Assembly: GCA_963713605.1 (NCBI GenBank)
Contig: CAVQMO010000001.1
Coordinates: forward strand, 736,001 to 800,000
From: an uncultured Nitrososphaerales archaeon
GTDB taxonomy: Archaea > Thermoproteota > Nitrososphaeria > Nitrososphaerales > Nitrososphaeraceae
Length of the DNA stretch: 64,000 nucleotides
Reading direction: 5' to 3'
The translations under genes and the position numbers were made by a program. This document shows positions 11,521-21,755 of the stretch, piece after piece. Below the pieces are notes generated by a model, which saw nothing but the letters and a program-made list of their open reading frames with translations, was not told the DNA's origin and did not search any database. Position 1 is the first letter of the stretch. Each line of letters opens with the position of its first letter.

Positions 11521-12255
11521 TTATTCCCTGGCGCGGGAAGAACTACTATTAGTTATACTCACTCCAGTTATTCTTGCGTCGTCTGGGTTAGTAGGCTGGT
11601 CTGCCTGTCCAAAGGATGAAGTTGTAGGAAGGCTAGCAATCTCGTCCACAGTATCCATACCCTCGACAACTCTTCCGAACGCAGTGTATTGTCCATCCAA
11701 GAACTGAGAATCGTTGGTAACGATGAAAAATTGTGAACCCGCGCTATTGGGGTCAGATGACCTGGCCATCGAAACAATACCTCGAATATGTGGCAAGTCG
11801 TTGAACTCTTCGTCTATAGAATAACCTGGTCCCCCTGTGCCCCAATTACTTCGCTGTGATGCATTTCCCTTTGTATTAGGGTCCCCGCCTTGGATCATGA
11901 AGTTGCTAATGATTCTGTGAAAAATTGTATCATTGTAGAACCCATCCTGTGCGAGCCGCTTGAAATTCTCAACATGGTTTGGTGCCGCCTGAGGCAAAAA
12001 TTCGATCGTTATCGGGCCCTGAGCCGTCTGAATGACTGCAGTTTCCTGGGTAGAATTTGAGTTAGCTTGACTGGATGAATTCGAAGCTTGAGGTAGAGAG
12101 CCTGTTATCGTGTTATTGAAATTAGTCGCACTCCTATTATCTTGTTTTTCACTTGACATAGCTTCAGACTGATAATCTTGATTAACTTTATAAACTAATA
12201 CACCGAAAACGAGACCCGGAGTATTGGATACAAAGACTGGGTGACGCGTAAGCAA
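11521..12255 (-). CDS. Cyclophilin-type peptidyl-prolyl isomerase domain (probably the C-terminal domain of AglB)
   Basis: FHRIISNFMIQGGDP, SMARSSDPNSAGSQFFI, LDGQYTAFGRV. Confidence 0.9.
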   Translation of the reverse strand: MLTRHPVFVSNTPGLVFGVLVYKVNQDYQSEAMSSEKQDNRSATNFNNTITGSLPQASNSSSQANSNSTQETAVIQTAQGPITIEFLPQAAPNHVENFKRLAQDGFYNDTIFHRIISNFMIQGGDPNTKGNASQRSNWGTGGPGYSIDEEFNDLPHIRGIVSMARSSDPNSAGSQFFIVTNDSQFLDGQYTAFGRVVEGMDTVDEIASLPTTSSFGQADQPTNPDDARITGVSITNSSSSRARE

Positions 12256-14348
12256 GGCTAAATGGTTGATCCGGTTGCTCGCTTAAGGGGTACTTCAAAT
12301 CCTGCGTGTATAGGGCTATTGTTCCGGGTTGATACACTGGCTGAATCCCTGCAAGCTGGCCGCCCTCAATCGAAGCGTAGGCCTGAGGCTCGAATGGAAT
12401 TAGCTTCGCAAGTAAGGTATCGTTCCAAAACTTAGGGGTAGGTGTAAAACCATCCTGTTCCAAGTAATCCATTTCATTGAATCCTCCAATCCGAATAAAC
12501 CATTGTTTCTTACTTTCGTCTCCTCCACTCCCAAGGGTATAAAAGGAGGTTCCGTTCGCCCCTGGAAATCTCTGTCCTACAAGATACAGTACCACATAGT
12601 CTGAATCCAATTCCTTGGCAATATCATAGCCTTCCTTCTCAGGCTCGATAAACATTTTTGCAAGCTCGGCTATACGTGTCTGGTTTATGGTGGCGTTATC
12701 AGCTAGGCTAGTTCTATTGCCCAAGGTGGTTATCCAATACCCATAATCCCACCAAGAGGCGACGACTGAATCCTTAGGGGTATTGTTAGAGATCCAATTT
12801 AATGCATCGATCCAATCAGCTACCTGCATCCTGTATCCTGTCCCCCCATTTGCAATGGATGGCGGAACATCCGCTGAAGTCACCCAATTAATGTTGGGTG
12901 GATAAAATAGAGGAACGGTCAAGAGGAAAGTAAGGACAACAGCAAATGATATTACTATTGGTTTATTATGTGAAGGCTTTGATTGAAGACGCTCGATCCT
13001 TTTCTTTTCTCTGCCTTTAGCTGCCTTTATGTTGAGCATCTGAATAGGTACCAGAAGTAGAGTACCTTTCCATAAATACTCTAGTCAGATCGTAGAGTCC
13101 CATTGATGCCAGAACTATAATGCTGATCGACGAAAAGACAAGCAGCCTTGCAAACGTCGCACTTACATATAATCCGGTCACCCCCAGTATCAAAGCAAAT
13201 ATTGTCATATCGGTTCTTTTCCTGAACGCCATCAATATGCCAAATCCAGCAAACATCATCAGTATCGAGTAGTCAATGAAGTAATCCACTATTGTAGGTG
13301 TAAAGTGTTCGGCTACCGATGCCGTTAATGGATTTTGCGCTGACAGAAATGGGTTTATGGCATTCAAATATCTGAACGAAGGGGAATAATACGCTTCAGT
13401 CAGCATTACGCCAAAGCTAATTGCGACGAATACCCCCAGAACAATTCCGGAATTCCTTATCGCATGATCGGCTGATGTAAATTTCCTCACGAAGAAGGTC
13501 GCCGCCAAGAATATGGTCCCGCCCATTAATGCAATTCCAGGCGGCCCGAATACAAAGGAAATACCAGGTCTCGGGAATATTCCCGCAGTGGCCAAAGTCA
13601 CTACGCTTATGCATATAGCAACTGTCAAAGGAATAGCCAAATCTTTTCGGAAAAATGGGATAGCTATAAAGAAAATGGAAAGGGGTATCGCAAAATATTG
13701 AATACCACCCCATGAAGCATTGGCCAAACCTAACAAAAATCCAGCCAACAATGCTTTGAGTATCGCATATCTAACTTGTCTGCCTTTTATCGCGGAAACA
13801 AAAAGGTACGTTGCTACAATACCAAGGAACAATCCCAAAGGCTCTGACTTGAACCACCCTAAATTCCCTCGCTGAATTATAGCAGGAGTAAATGCAAAGA
13901 ACAATGCGGCAAAGAGGCCTGCTGAAGTTCCCTTCAATGTTCTAACGAGGGCAAAAATTGCTATAGTGGTGAGCGACCCCATAATAACTGGAAAAATTAT
14001 GACAAAATCGAGAAGTGATGAACCAGCACCAAATATCTCATAAAGAAATGCGGCCACGATGTGTAGACCTGTTTGGGATGTTGCAGGAACGTTCCTTCCC
14101 TCTGGAAACCAAGACATTGTATCGTGCCAGTTTAGGTATGCTTGCAGACCATTATCGACAATGTATTTGGTCGCTCGATAATCAAAGTAGGGATCAAATT
14201 CATTTAAAAAGTAACCATACTTTATCGGATAAGACCTGATTATAAAGGCGGTTGAAAATGAAATAGCAAGTACTCCTATTACTAGCAAGTGTTTAAGTTG
14301 AAAGTGGAAATGACTTGTTCTTACCAGCGTTTTACTTCCATCAAGCAT
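12188..14348 (-). CDS. aglB: Oligosaccharyltransferase AglB/STT3 (frameshifts near 13030 and 12235)
   Basis: EFDPYF, SVAEH, WWDYG and LADNAT motifs; multi-TM N-terminal half. Confidence 0.92.
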
Positions 14349-14622
14349 GCTAAGACAGGTTGAACTAACCTCTTTTTTACGTTACTGATACTGCCTAATT
14401 ATTTGTTGGCCAGTGAAAGGTACCCAGATGTATCTGAGTTCCGTATAGGGTAAATATAGGGTAGCGTCCAGTCAAAAATGCAACAAGCGACGATTCTAAA
14501 AAAGCCTATAATCCTAACGACATCTGAAAGGGTGAGGAAAAACTGGGATCGCTCCGAGGCTTTTGGATATGATATGTAACTAAACCAGACGAAGGTTTCT
14601 ATACGCAATCATTTCATAAGAT

Positions 14623-14710
14623 GCGAGTGGCAGCAATGAAGATTCAGAGTTAGACTGAAGATTTTCATATTGTTAGTGTGGAGAAGGTATTTGTCTGAGC
14701 TGCCGCTCGT
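14623..14710 (+). ncRNA. C/D-box guide sRNA (double guide)
   Basis: 12-bp terminal stem GCGAGTGGCAGC/GCTGCCGCTCGT enclosing C box ATGAAGA (14636-42), D' CTGA (14655-58), C' GTGGAGA (14678-84), D CTGA (14695-98); guides fit 23S rRNA consensus recalled from memory. Confidence 0.75.
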
Positions 14711-14767
14711 CAAGTAAAAGTTGGTCAAATCCTCGTGAGGTGGTCCACCAAAGAATTCAAATCCATT

Positions 14768-15881
14768 CTAGTTCTTTTTGGTAATGCTAACTATGTCTCC
14801 GTCAGCTAATCTATGGTCTAGTCCTACTTTTTGCGCGCCAAATTTTACGCTGTTGCCCCAAACTTGAGCGTATTTGAAATCGGCGGTCATAGTCCTGCGT
14901 ATCTTTGTACAGACGTCACTAATGGTACACTCACTTCTTATGATGAGAGGTTCTTCAAGGTCTGCATCTTGCCCTTTAGGCTTTAAAAAGACACGAATAA
15001 AATCTAGTTTCTCAAATATGGCATCCCTTACAGATTCTATATTCTTGTCCCCGTCTGCTGAAATATGGATAAGGTTAGTCCCTATTGTGCGACGTATATT
15101 CGCTAGTACGGTATCGTCAACCAAATCGATCTTATTCAAAACGATAATCGAAGGGACGTAGACTCTATTTCCGGCCAACAGATCAATGAGTTGATCATCA
15201 GTTAGGTTAGGTTCTCGTATTGTAAGCCTACAGTTGTGAACTCCGTAAACTCTCAAGATATCTTTAGCAAGACTTTCAGATATACGAGATTTTACCTGAA
15301 AATTTACAGATACTCCGCCTGTCTCTGATTTCTCTATCAAAACATCAGGCGGCCTCTGGTCCACCTTTATCCCTATTTCAGATAATTCTCTCTTCAGAAG
15401 ATCTATGTGCTGAGGCTGAAAGACATCAAGGATAAGTAAGACTAGATCGGCGGATCTTGCGACTGATAATACTCGCTTACCTAACCCACGACCTGAAGCC
15501 GCGCCTTCTATAATTCCTGGCATGTCAAGGATTTGAATTCTCGCGCCTTTGTATTCCATCATTCCTGGCACTACCGTAAGGGTTGTGAATTTGTATGAAC
15601 CAACTTTTGAGTTAGCATTTGTTAGCCTATTAAGCAGTGTCGATTTTCCAACGCTGGGCAGACCAATCAATACAACTGTTCCGTCCCCAGCTTTCCTCAC
15701 GCTATACCCGCCGGATCTACTTTTGGAGGAAACAGTCTTCCCGTGAATGTCGCCCTCCATTTCTTTCTTTAGCCGTGCTATCTTTGCCTTTAGTAGGCCA
15801 ATATGATGCTCAGTAGACTTTGTTTATCTGAGTCTTGTGTATTTCCTCCTGAATTGCTTTAATTTTTTCTGGGATACCCAT
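14768..15881 (-). CDS. DRG/Rbg family GTP-binding protein with TGS domain (frameshift near 15820)
   Basis: GLPSVGKS, FTT, DMPG, NKID; N-terminus MGIPEKIKAIQEEI in another frame. Confidence 0.92.
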
Positions 15882-16174
15882 CTTGTTAATGATTAATCCT
15901 CATTAATTCTCTGTAAACGGTGAAATATGATCCTGGTAGTGACGATTCAGAAGCCCTACTGACTAATTGGCATCTGGTAAATGTCAACCAAAACGATGGA
16001 ATATTTAAACTCATAAATTCAATTATTTATAACGGAAAACTGGTAATATAAGTTTGGTATTGAGCAACCTTTGGTCTTAAAAAAACGATCAACCAATTAT
16101 TGGGTTAAGCGTCCTTAGATTACAAATTGAATTTCTAAACCAGCAACAGTAGCCACTAGTACCTGCTGTAATGC

Positions 16175-16181
16175 TTATATA
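16175..16181 (+). promoter_or_regulatory. Putative TATA box of a leaderless mscL transcript
   Basis: TTATATA about 30 nt upstream of the ATG at 16211. Confidence 0.45.
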
Positions 16182-16210
16182 CAATCCCTTGGCGTGGAAT
16201 ATCGTCAGTT

Positions 16211-16597
16211 ATGGCCGAGGCCCCAGTATCGTCCCCTGTCAAAGAGAAAAAGAAAGGCTTTACCCAAGAGTTCGTATTCTTTCTTAAGACTTTTGGTATA
16301 ATTGGCCTCGCGATAGCGTTCATAATTGGCCAAGCGGCTTCTAAGTTAGTAACTGCTTTCGTAAACGATATTATCGACCCGATCATTGGAATTTTCCTCC
16401 CAGGTGGCAACCTATCAGGCTTATCTGTTCAGGTACCAAACCTTTATGGAGATGCTACTTCTGACTTCAGGTATGGTGATCTAATTGCAAATATAATTGA
16501 CTTTCTGGTAATAGCGTTGATAGTCTTTATCCTCTATAAGCAGCTTTCTAAACGCGGCTTCGTGGAAGATAAGACTGTGCCAGAAGAGAAGAAATAG
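16211..16597 (+). CDS. mscL: Large-conductance mechanosensitive channel family protein
   Basis: EFVFFLKTFGIIGLAIAFIIGQAASKLVTAFVNDIIDP..YGDLIANIIDFL. Confidence 0.88.
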   Translation: MAEAPVSSPVKEKKKGFTQEFVFFLKTFGIIGLAIAFIIGQAASKLVTAFVNDIIDPIIGIFLPGGNLSGLSVQVPNLYGDATSDFRYGDLIANIIDFLVIALIVFILYKQLSKRGFVEDKTVPEEKK

Positions 16598-16803
16598 AGG
16601 GCAAGCTAGCCTAGGCAATCATGGAAAGACATTGGTCTTTCCCAGGGCTTATTGGTATCCAAATAAGTGTACCTGTGTCTGATTCTATTATTGTTGACCT
16701 ATGACGTTCAATTGTAACTCTTAACTGTAATCCCTCATTATGGTCATGATCCGATTTTCTATGCGATAATCTTTTACTAGCCCCAATGAAACCGATGGTA
16801 GCT

Positions 16804-17361
16804 TCATCTCCATATTTCTAGATACTTCAGAGCAGTGCACAATGCTAATGTCATAACATAGCACGCCATTACTTTCCATGGGATTGCGGGTAAACGCGGA
16901 GCAAGAAGCCTTATTTGATGGTCTTCAAGAATTTGAGAAATATAATCCCGAACTTTTGAGTTCCAAATTCTATACTCAATGCTATGTTTCTTCAATATGG
17001 ACTCCAATTCATAAATTACAGGGCATCTGACCGAAGTAAGATGCTGAATATATCTCCTTGATACTTCCACTTCACCTTTAATAGCGATTAATCCTTGTTG
17101 TTGTATATCGACTAATCTTACATGCATCTCCCAAGGCTTGGATAGTGATTTTGCAAAGCCACTACCAATTTGAGAAGTCATCTTATTTTCTAATTTAACC
17201 CTCTTGAAGCCCTCGGAAGTGAGCGTCCGTACTATGTCATCCTTTTTCATTCTAACTGCAATGTATAGTTGATCGAGCTCTATTTCCTCGTGCCTGATCA
17301 GGGCTTGAAGGCCTTTTACTACATTCATTCGGCGGGGATAGCTTGTAAGAAATTCAGACAT
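16804..17361 (-). CDS. Hypothetical protein with C-terminal TM anchor
   Basis: 185 aa; PWEMHVRL and EVEVSRRY look like conserved blocks; hydrophobic C-terminus. Confidence 0.7.
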   Translation of the reverse strand: MSEFLTSYPRRMNVVKGLQALIRHEEIELDQLYIAVRMKKDDIVRTLTSEGFKRVKLENKMTSQIGSGFAKSLSKPWEMHVRLVDIQQQGLIAIKGEVEVSRRYIQHLTSVRCPVIYELESILKKHSIEYRIWNSKVRDYISQILEDHQIRLLAPRLPAIPWKVMACYVMTLALCTALKYLEIWR

Positions 17362-17433
17362 TTGCCTTTATACCTTCGTAGTTCACGATGGAATATTAAA
17401 ACTGTGTTATTGTAATCAACCATAATCGCATAT

Positions 17434-18196
17434 TTATTTCGAAGTAAAGGATCTCCGATAGATATCTTCTAGAGGATCTATAGCTAAATCTTTCCAATTC
17501 ATTAGTCTATTATCTTCCTTCACTTCAAATCCTCTCACGACTACAACGGGTGTTGACTCGCGACTTTCACCCATAAGAGCGACTCCTATCGAAGCCAAGC
17601 CATCTCCCGCTGCCTCTCATTGTCACCCTCAAAATATTTCCAAATAAATCTTTTTTGCCTCGCTCATCGACTACTGGCTTAAAGCCTGATACTGCAATAG
17701 CAGTCCCTGAAGTGCCTAATCTTCCAGGCATTAAACGACTGTCGGAAATAACTACGTATATGGTAAGTTTACTCTTGTTCAAAAAATTCAATCTAAGTTG
17801 GTCAGCCGAATCAAAAGGCCGAGGTGGATATAACACCGCATAACCCTTGGGAATATTTGATCTATCAATCCCAGCGTTAGGACATAACATCCCATTCTTC
17901 TTGCATAATAAAAATCCAGGAATGCCTCCGTAAATATGATCGGCCTCCCTTAAAACTAACTCCGTAAGTTTCTCATCCATTTGGAATTTCTTTGCAATTA
18001 CTTTGGCCTTTTGCGATGCTCGTAATCCGTCAAGGTGAACGACCGCCCCTTCACTAATGGATACGAATTTGCTTGATATTATTACGATATCTTTTTGCTT
18101 GAACTGAAAATTTGTCTTTGATATTGTTTCATAAAGATTAAATGGAGAAACCATCGGCGGAAGTCTCAATGCGAAGACCTCAAATCTAGAGGCCAA
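17434..18196 (-). CDS. cofE: Coenzyme F420-0:L-glutamate ligase (frameshift near 17605)
   Basis: IVIISSKFVS, PNAGIDRSN, DSRLMPGRLG, RGKKDLFG; C-terminus MGESRESTPVVVVRG in another frame; start inferred at TTG. Confidence 0.88.
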
Positions 18197-18291
18197 GTTA
18201 TTAACTTTCGTGCGTCGAGTACCGATACTGGTCAATCCGCAGAAGGTTTTAATGACGATTCTAATAAGAATCCATCTCAGGTGACTTCGAA

Positions 18292-19572
18292 GTGGGAATG
18301 ACCCTAACTGAAAAGATCTTGGCAAAGGCAGCCGGAAAAGGTTCCGTCGCTCCTGGAGATGTTGTATTTGCAAAAGTGGATAAATTAATGATGCACGATG
18401 TTTCAGGTCCAGGTGTAATCAAAGTATTAGAAGAATGGGAGAAGAAAGGGACAATCTTGGAACGGATTTGGGACCCAAGTAAGGTATGGGTTACAGAGGA
18501 TCATTTTGTACCAGCGTCTGACAAAATTTCAGCAAGTAATATTATCAACCTCACTAATTGGACGAAGAAGTTCGGTGTAAAGAAACATTTCAAATATGGG
18601 CTGGGTCAATACGGAATCTGTCATACGCTCTCTCATGAGGAGGCGCTAGTACTTCCTGGTGAAGTCTACGTAGGCGGTGATTCGCATACTAATACAACTG
18701 GGGCATTAGGGGCCTTCGGAGCAGGGCTTGGTCACAGTGATATCGCATATGTACTCCGCTATGGACAGATCTGGTTCAAGGTGCCAGAAACAATTCTTTT
18801 CAAATTACACGGTCAATTGCCAGATCATGTAATGGCAAAGGATATCATTTTGCGTATAATTGGTGATATTGGAACAGAAGGTGGAAATTACAAATGCATG
18901 CAGTTTTCTGGTGAAGTTGTAGACCAGATGAATATGGAAGAACGAATTACCCTTACGAATATGACCACGGAGGCAGGTGCTAAAAATGGGATAATAGAAC
19001 CTGATTCAGTTACAGAGAGCTATATTAGGAAGAGAACGGACTCGGCACTTCAGCCTTTACTAGGGGATACAAATGCTTACTATTCGGACATACACGAATA
19101 TGAAGTTAGTCAAATGGACCCTGTCATCGCCAAACCATTCTCACCTGCCAATACCTGTGCTGTGAGAGATGTTCAGGGAATAGAGATCGACAAGGCATAT
19201 ATTGGCTCTTGTACGGGGGCAAAACTCGAGGATCTTCGAGCTGCCTCACGACTTTTCAGAGGTAATAAAGTGAAAGTTCGAACTGAAGTATTGCCGGCTG
19301 CACAATCAATCTACATTTCTGCGCTTCGGGAGGGACTTATTGACATATTTGTTGATGCTGGCTGTGTTGTTGGTCCGCCTACTTGTGGTGCTTGCTGCGG
19401 TGCGCATATGGGGGTGTTGGGTCCAAAGGAGATTTGTATCAGTACCACGAATCGGAATTTTCCTGGAAGAATGGGAGATATAGAATCACAAACATATCTG
19501 GCATCCCCATTGGTGGTAGCCGCATCGGCAATTAACGGAAAGATAACTGACCCAAGGGACATTACGATTTGA
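18292..19572 (+). CDS. leuC: 3-isopropylmalate dehydratase/homoaconitase large subunit
   Basis: DSHT, IGSCT, CGACCG, STTNRNFPGRMG. Confidence 0.92.
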   Translation: MGMTLTEKILAKAAGKGSVAPGDVVFAKVDKLMMHDVSGPGVIKVLEEWEKKGTILERIWDPSKVWVTEDHFVPASDKISASNIINLTNWTKKFGVKKHFKYGLGQYGICHTLSHEEALVLPGEVYVGGDSHTNTTGALGAFGAGLGHSDIAYVLRYGQIWFKVPETILFKLHGQLPDHVMAKDIILRIIGDIGTEGGNYKCMQFSGEVVDQMNMEERITLTNMTTEAGAKNGIIEPDSVTESYIRKRTDSALQPLLGDTNAYYSDIHEYEVSQMDPVIAKPFSPANTCAVRDVQGIEIDKAYIGSCTGAKLEDLRAASRLFRGNKVKVRTEVLPAAQSIYISALREGLIDIFVDAGCVVGPPTCGACCGAHMGVLGPKEICISTTNRNFPGRMGDIESQTYLASPLVVAASAINGKITDPRDITI

Positions 19573-20081
19573 ATCAACTAGAGGGTGTCGTGCATAAATA
19601 CTATCGAGATAACATCGATACGGATGTGATCATTCCTGGCCAATATCTTAAGATCCATGATCATAAAGAACTTGCAAAACACGCAATGGAAGGCATTGAT
19701 GCTGGATTTTCCAAAAAAGTTAGCGAAGGCGATTTTTTGCTTTGCGGGAGGAACTTTGGATGTGGTTCAAGCAGAGAACATGCTCCAATAGCTCTGGCCA
19801 ATTCTGGTATAAAGGCTATCATTGCACCATCGTTTGCTAGGATCTTTTACAGAAATGCAGTCGATGGGGGATATCTACTTCCGATAGAGGTAGAGGAGGA
19901 AACATGTCAACAGGTCGAAAATGGAGACAGAATTATCCTAGACACTTTGAACAGCAAACTGGTGAACGTTACAAAGAGTAGGAGAACGTATGATATTAAG
20001 CCATTTCCCAAAATAATTGCTAGAATTATCGAAGCAGGGGGCCTGATTAATCTAGACCCTCAAAAGTTGATTGATATTTAG
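19569..20081 (+). CDS. leuD: 3-isopropylmalate dehydratase small subunit
   Basis: NIDTDVIIP, NFGCGSSREHA, SFARIFYRN. Confidence 0.92.
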   Translation: MNQLEGVVHKYYRDNIDTDVIIPGQYLKIHDHKELAKHAMEGIDAGFSKKVSEGDFLLCGRNFGCGSSREHAPIALANSGIKAIIAPSFARIFYRNAVDGGYLLPIEVEEETCQQVENGDRIILDTLNSKLVNVTKSRRTYDIKPFPKIIARIIEAGGLINLDPQKLIDI

Positions 20082-20194
20082 GAGAGTCAATACTTAGAGG
20101 CGGATTGATGAAATATTATAACGGAAGTTGACACAAGATTATTCATCATCATTTCATCTAAGTACCTCTATATTTTTGCCAATTCAAGCATCCT

Positions 20195-20791
20195 TCAAGA
20201 TTCTTGTACTTTTATCCATCCTTCCTGCAGCATCTTCCCATCACTAGGGTCACCAACATTTGTAGCATATCTCCAAAGCTGAGTTCCTTCGATTGCACAT
20301 GTCGAGTCCATTATCTCGTTTAGTGCCTTAATTTCGTTGCTTAAACCCAAATTGCAGACCCTGTTCCCATTGGTTGAAACGCAATAACTGCATTTGGAGT
20401 CCAATGTAGAGACGGTGGGATCGATACTAACAAGGGGATAGGCCTTACAGGCAGCAGGTCTTTCATCATAAATAGTGCAACGAGATCCGCCATGAGGAGA
20501 TCGCTCCGATCCATCGGTGTCTAGAAACGGACAAACATTTCCAGTTCTTTCCCTTCCCATTAGCTGATACACAAGGACACTTTCAGGGCTTGCTCCGTCG
20601 TCACCCATACCCACTCCTATCCTTGGTAGAATCTTGATGCTTATCCCCAATCTCTCTGCCTGCTGTTCAATCATTTTTTTCTCCTCTGGGAGAAGAAGAA
20701 CCCCTATTTTACCAAACTCCTTCGAAGGAAAGTACTCTCTATTTATGCAACAATCCGAGCAACCTTCTACGCACTTGAATTTTTTGAGCAA
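20195..20791 (-). CDS. YkgJ-family cysteine-cluster (Fe-S/Zn) protein
   Basis: CxxxCxxCC, CPFL, CTIYDERPAACKAYP. Confidence 0.85.
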   Translation of the reverse strand: MLKKFKCVEGCSDCCINREYFPSKEFGKIGVLLLPEEKKMIEQQAERLGISIKILPRIGVGMGDDGASPESVLVYQLMGRERTGNVCPFLDTDGSERSPHGGSRCTIYDERPAACKAYPLVSIDPTVSTLDSKCSYCVSTNGNRVCNLGLSNEIKALNEIMDSTCAIEGTQLWRYATNVGDPSDGKMLQEGWIKVQES

Positions 20792-20970
20792 TCCTAATCT
20801 AATAATACAGTTCCACTGAACTCTCCTTTAAGTTATAGTTTCTTTCAACAATGGACCTATGTATTTACGACGTTCATACTTTGCGTTTGAATTTGCTTAT
20901 GGGATAGATTAAGAATTTCTAAAGGCAATAATCATATCAAGCAATGCATAATTTGAATCCTTTATGTATG

Positions 20971-21141
20971 TCAATCCCTTTCCACAGCCTCAATATGACA
21001 TTGATGACCTCTATGCTGTTTGTCTATGGTCGAAGCTTCCTCAGTTGAGATAGGAAACCTTCCTGTTTCAAGAGAATCTTTTCCAGGCTTTTCCAATATC
21101 ACTTCCTTACAATCGTCGCAAATCAGCTGTTGAAATATCAT
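20971..21141 (-). CDS. Zinc-binding microprotein CxxC...HxxH (56 aa; not in ORF track)
   Basis: Manual translation MIFQQLICDDCKEVILEKPGKDSLETGRFPISTEEASTIDKQHRGHQCHIEAVERD. Confidence 0.7.
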   Translation of the reverse strand: MIFQQLICDDCKEVILEKPGKDSLETGRFPISTEEASTIDKQHRGHQCHIEAVERD

Positions 21142-21275
21142 TCCAAATGAATATGAGGGAACTAAATATAAGAATAGCTTTCTAAAGGAACAATTGTCGG
21201 AAGGAAAAGAAAAAGATTTGATATGGAATAAATAAAAAATTCATATGAACCCATCTAGTGTTATTGTGACTATCA

Positions 21276-21422
21276 ATGCATAATGTTTGTGCCTACTGTG
21301 GAAAAAATTTTGATGGAGAAGGCTGGCCACATGTTGAAGGGGACTCTAATCGAGGTGTCTCTAGAATCGAGCAGTTTTGCTCCGAAGAACATAGGTCAGC
21401 ATTCTTGAGGTCCAACCTATGA
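21276..21422 (+). CDS. TRASH/YHS-like metal-binding microprotein (48 aa; not in ORF track)
   Basis: Manual translation MHNVCAYCGKNFDGEGWPHVEGDSNRGVSRIEQFCSEEHRSAFLRSNL; CxxCG...FCSxxH. Confidence 0.7.
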   Translation: MHNVCAYCGKNFDGEGWPHVEGDSNRGVSRIEQFCSEEHRSAFLRSNL

Positions 21423-21707
21423 TTTCAGTTTACCAAAAAGGCTGTCGAAGAGGCCTTTCTTGTTCTCCTTTTTCTCAACTTTCTTGAAACACTTTGAGCA
21501 CAAGGCGCGCAAATTCCCCGGCCTGTTGTCTTTCCTTGAGCCGTTGATGTGTTCAAAGAAAGTCTGCGTACTCCCGTGGAATCTAATATTGCAACTCTGG
21601 CAGCGATGGTGAGCCTTTTCCAGAACCGTCTGTTTAATACTCATTGTCAAATGTTCGTACTTAGTTCTGTCTACGCTGTCACCCGATGCGTTTCCGAAAA
21701 AAGACAA
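21417..21707 (-). CDS. Small stand-alone HNH endonuclease
   Basis: CQSC...EHINGSRKDNRPGNLRALCSKC. Confidence 0.8.
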   Translation of the reverse strand: MSFFGNASGDSVDRTKYEHLTMSIKQTVLEKAHHRCQSCNIRFHGSTQTFFEHINGSRKDNRPGNLRALCSKCFKKVEKKENKKGLFDSLFGKLKS

Positions 21708-21755
21708 TCCTTTACTTATAATAGAAAATGCCCAAATTAACCTTTCTAGGATGAA

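Noticed and set aside
15935..15975. GTGACGA...CTGA C/D-like pair
   Set aside because: Only half of the motif set and no convincing terminal stem or target
17567..18373. Long N-terminal extension of cofE overlapping leuC
   Set aside because: Antisense to the leuC start; homology begins near 18196
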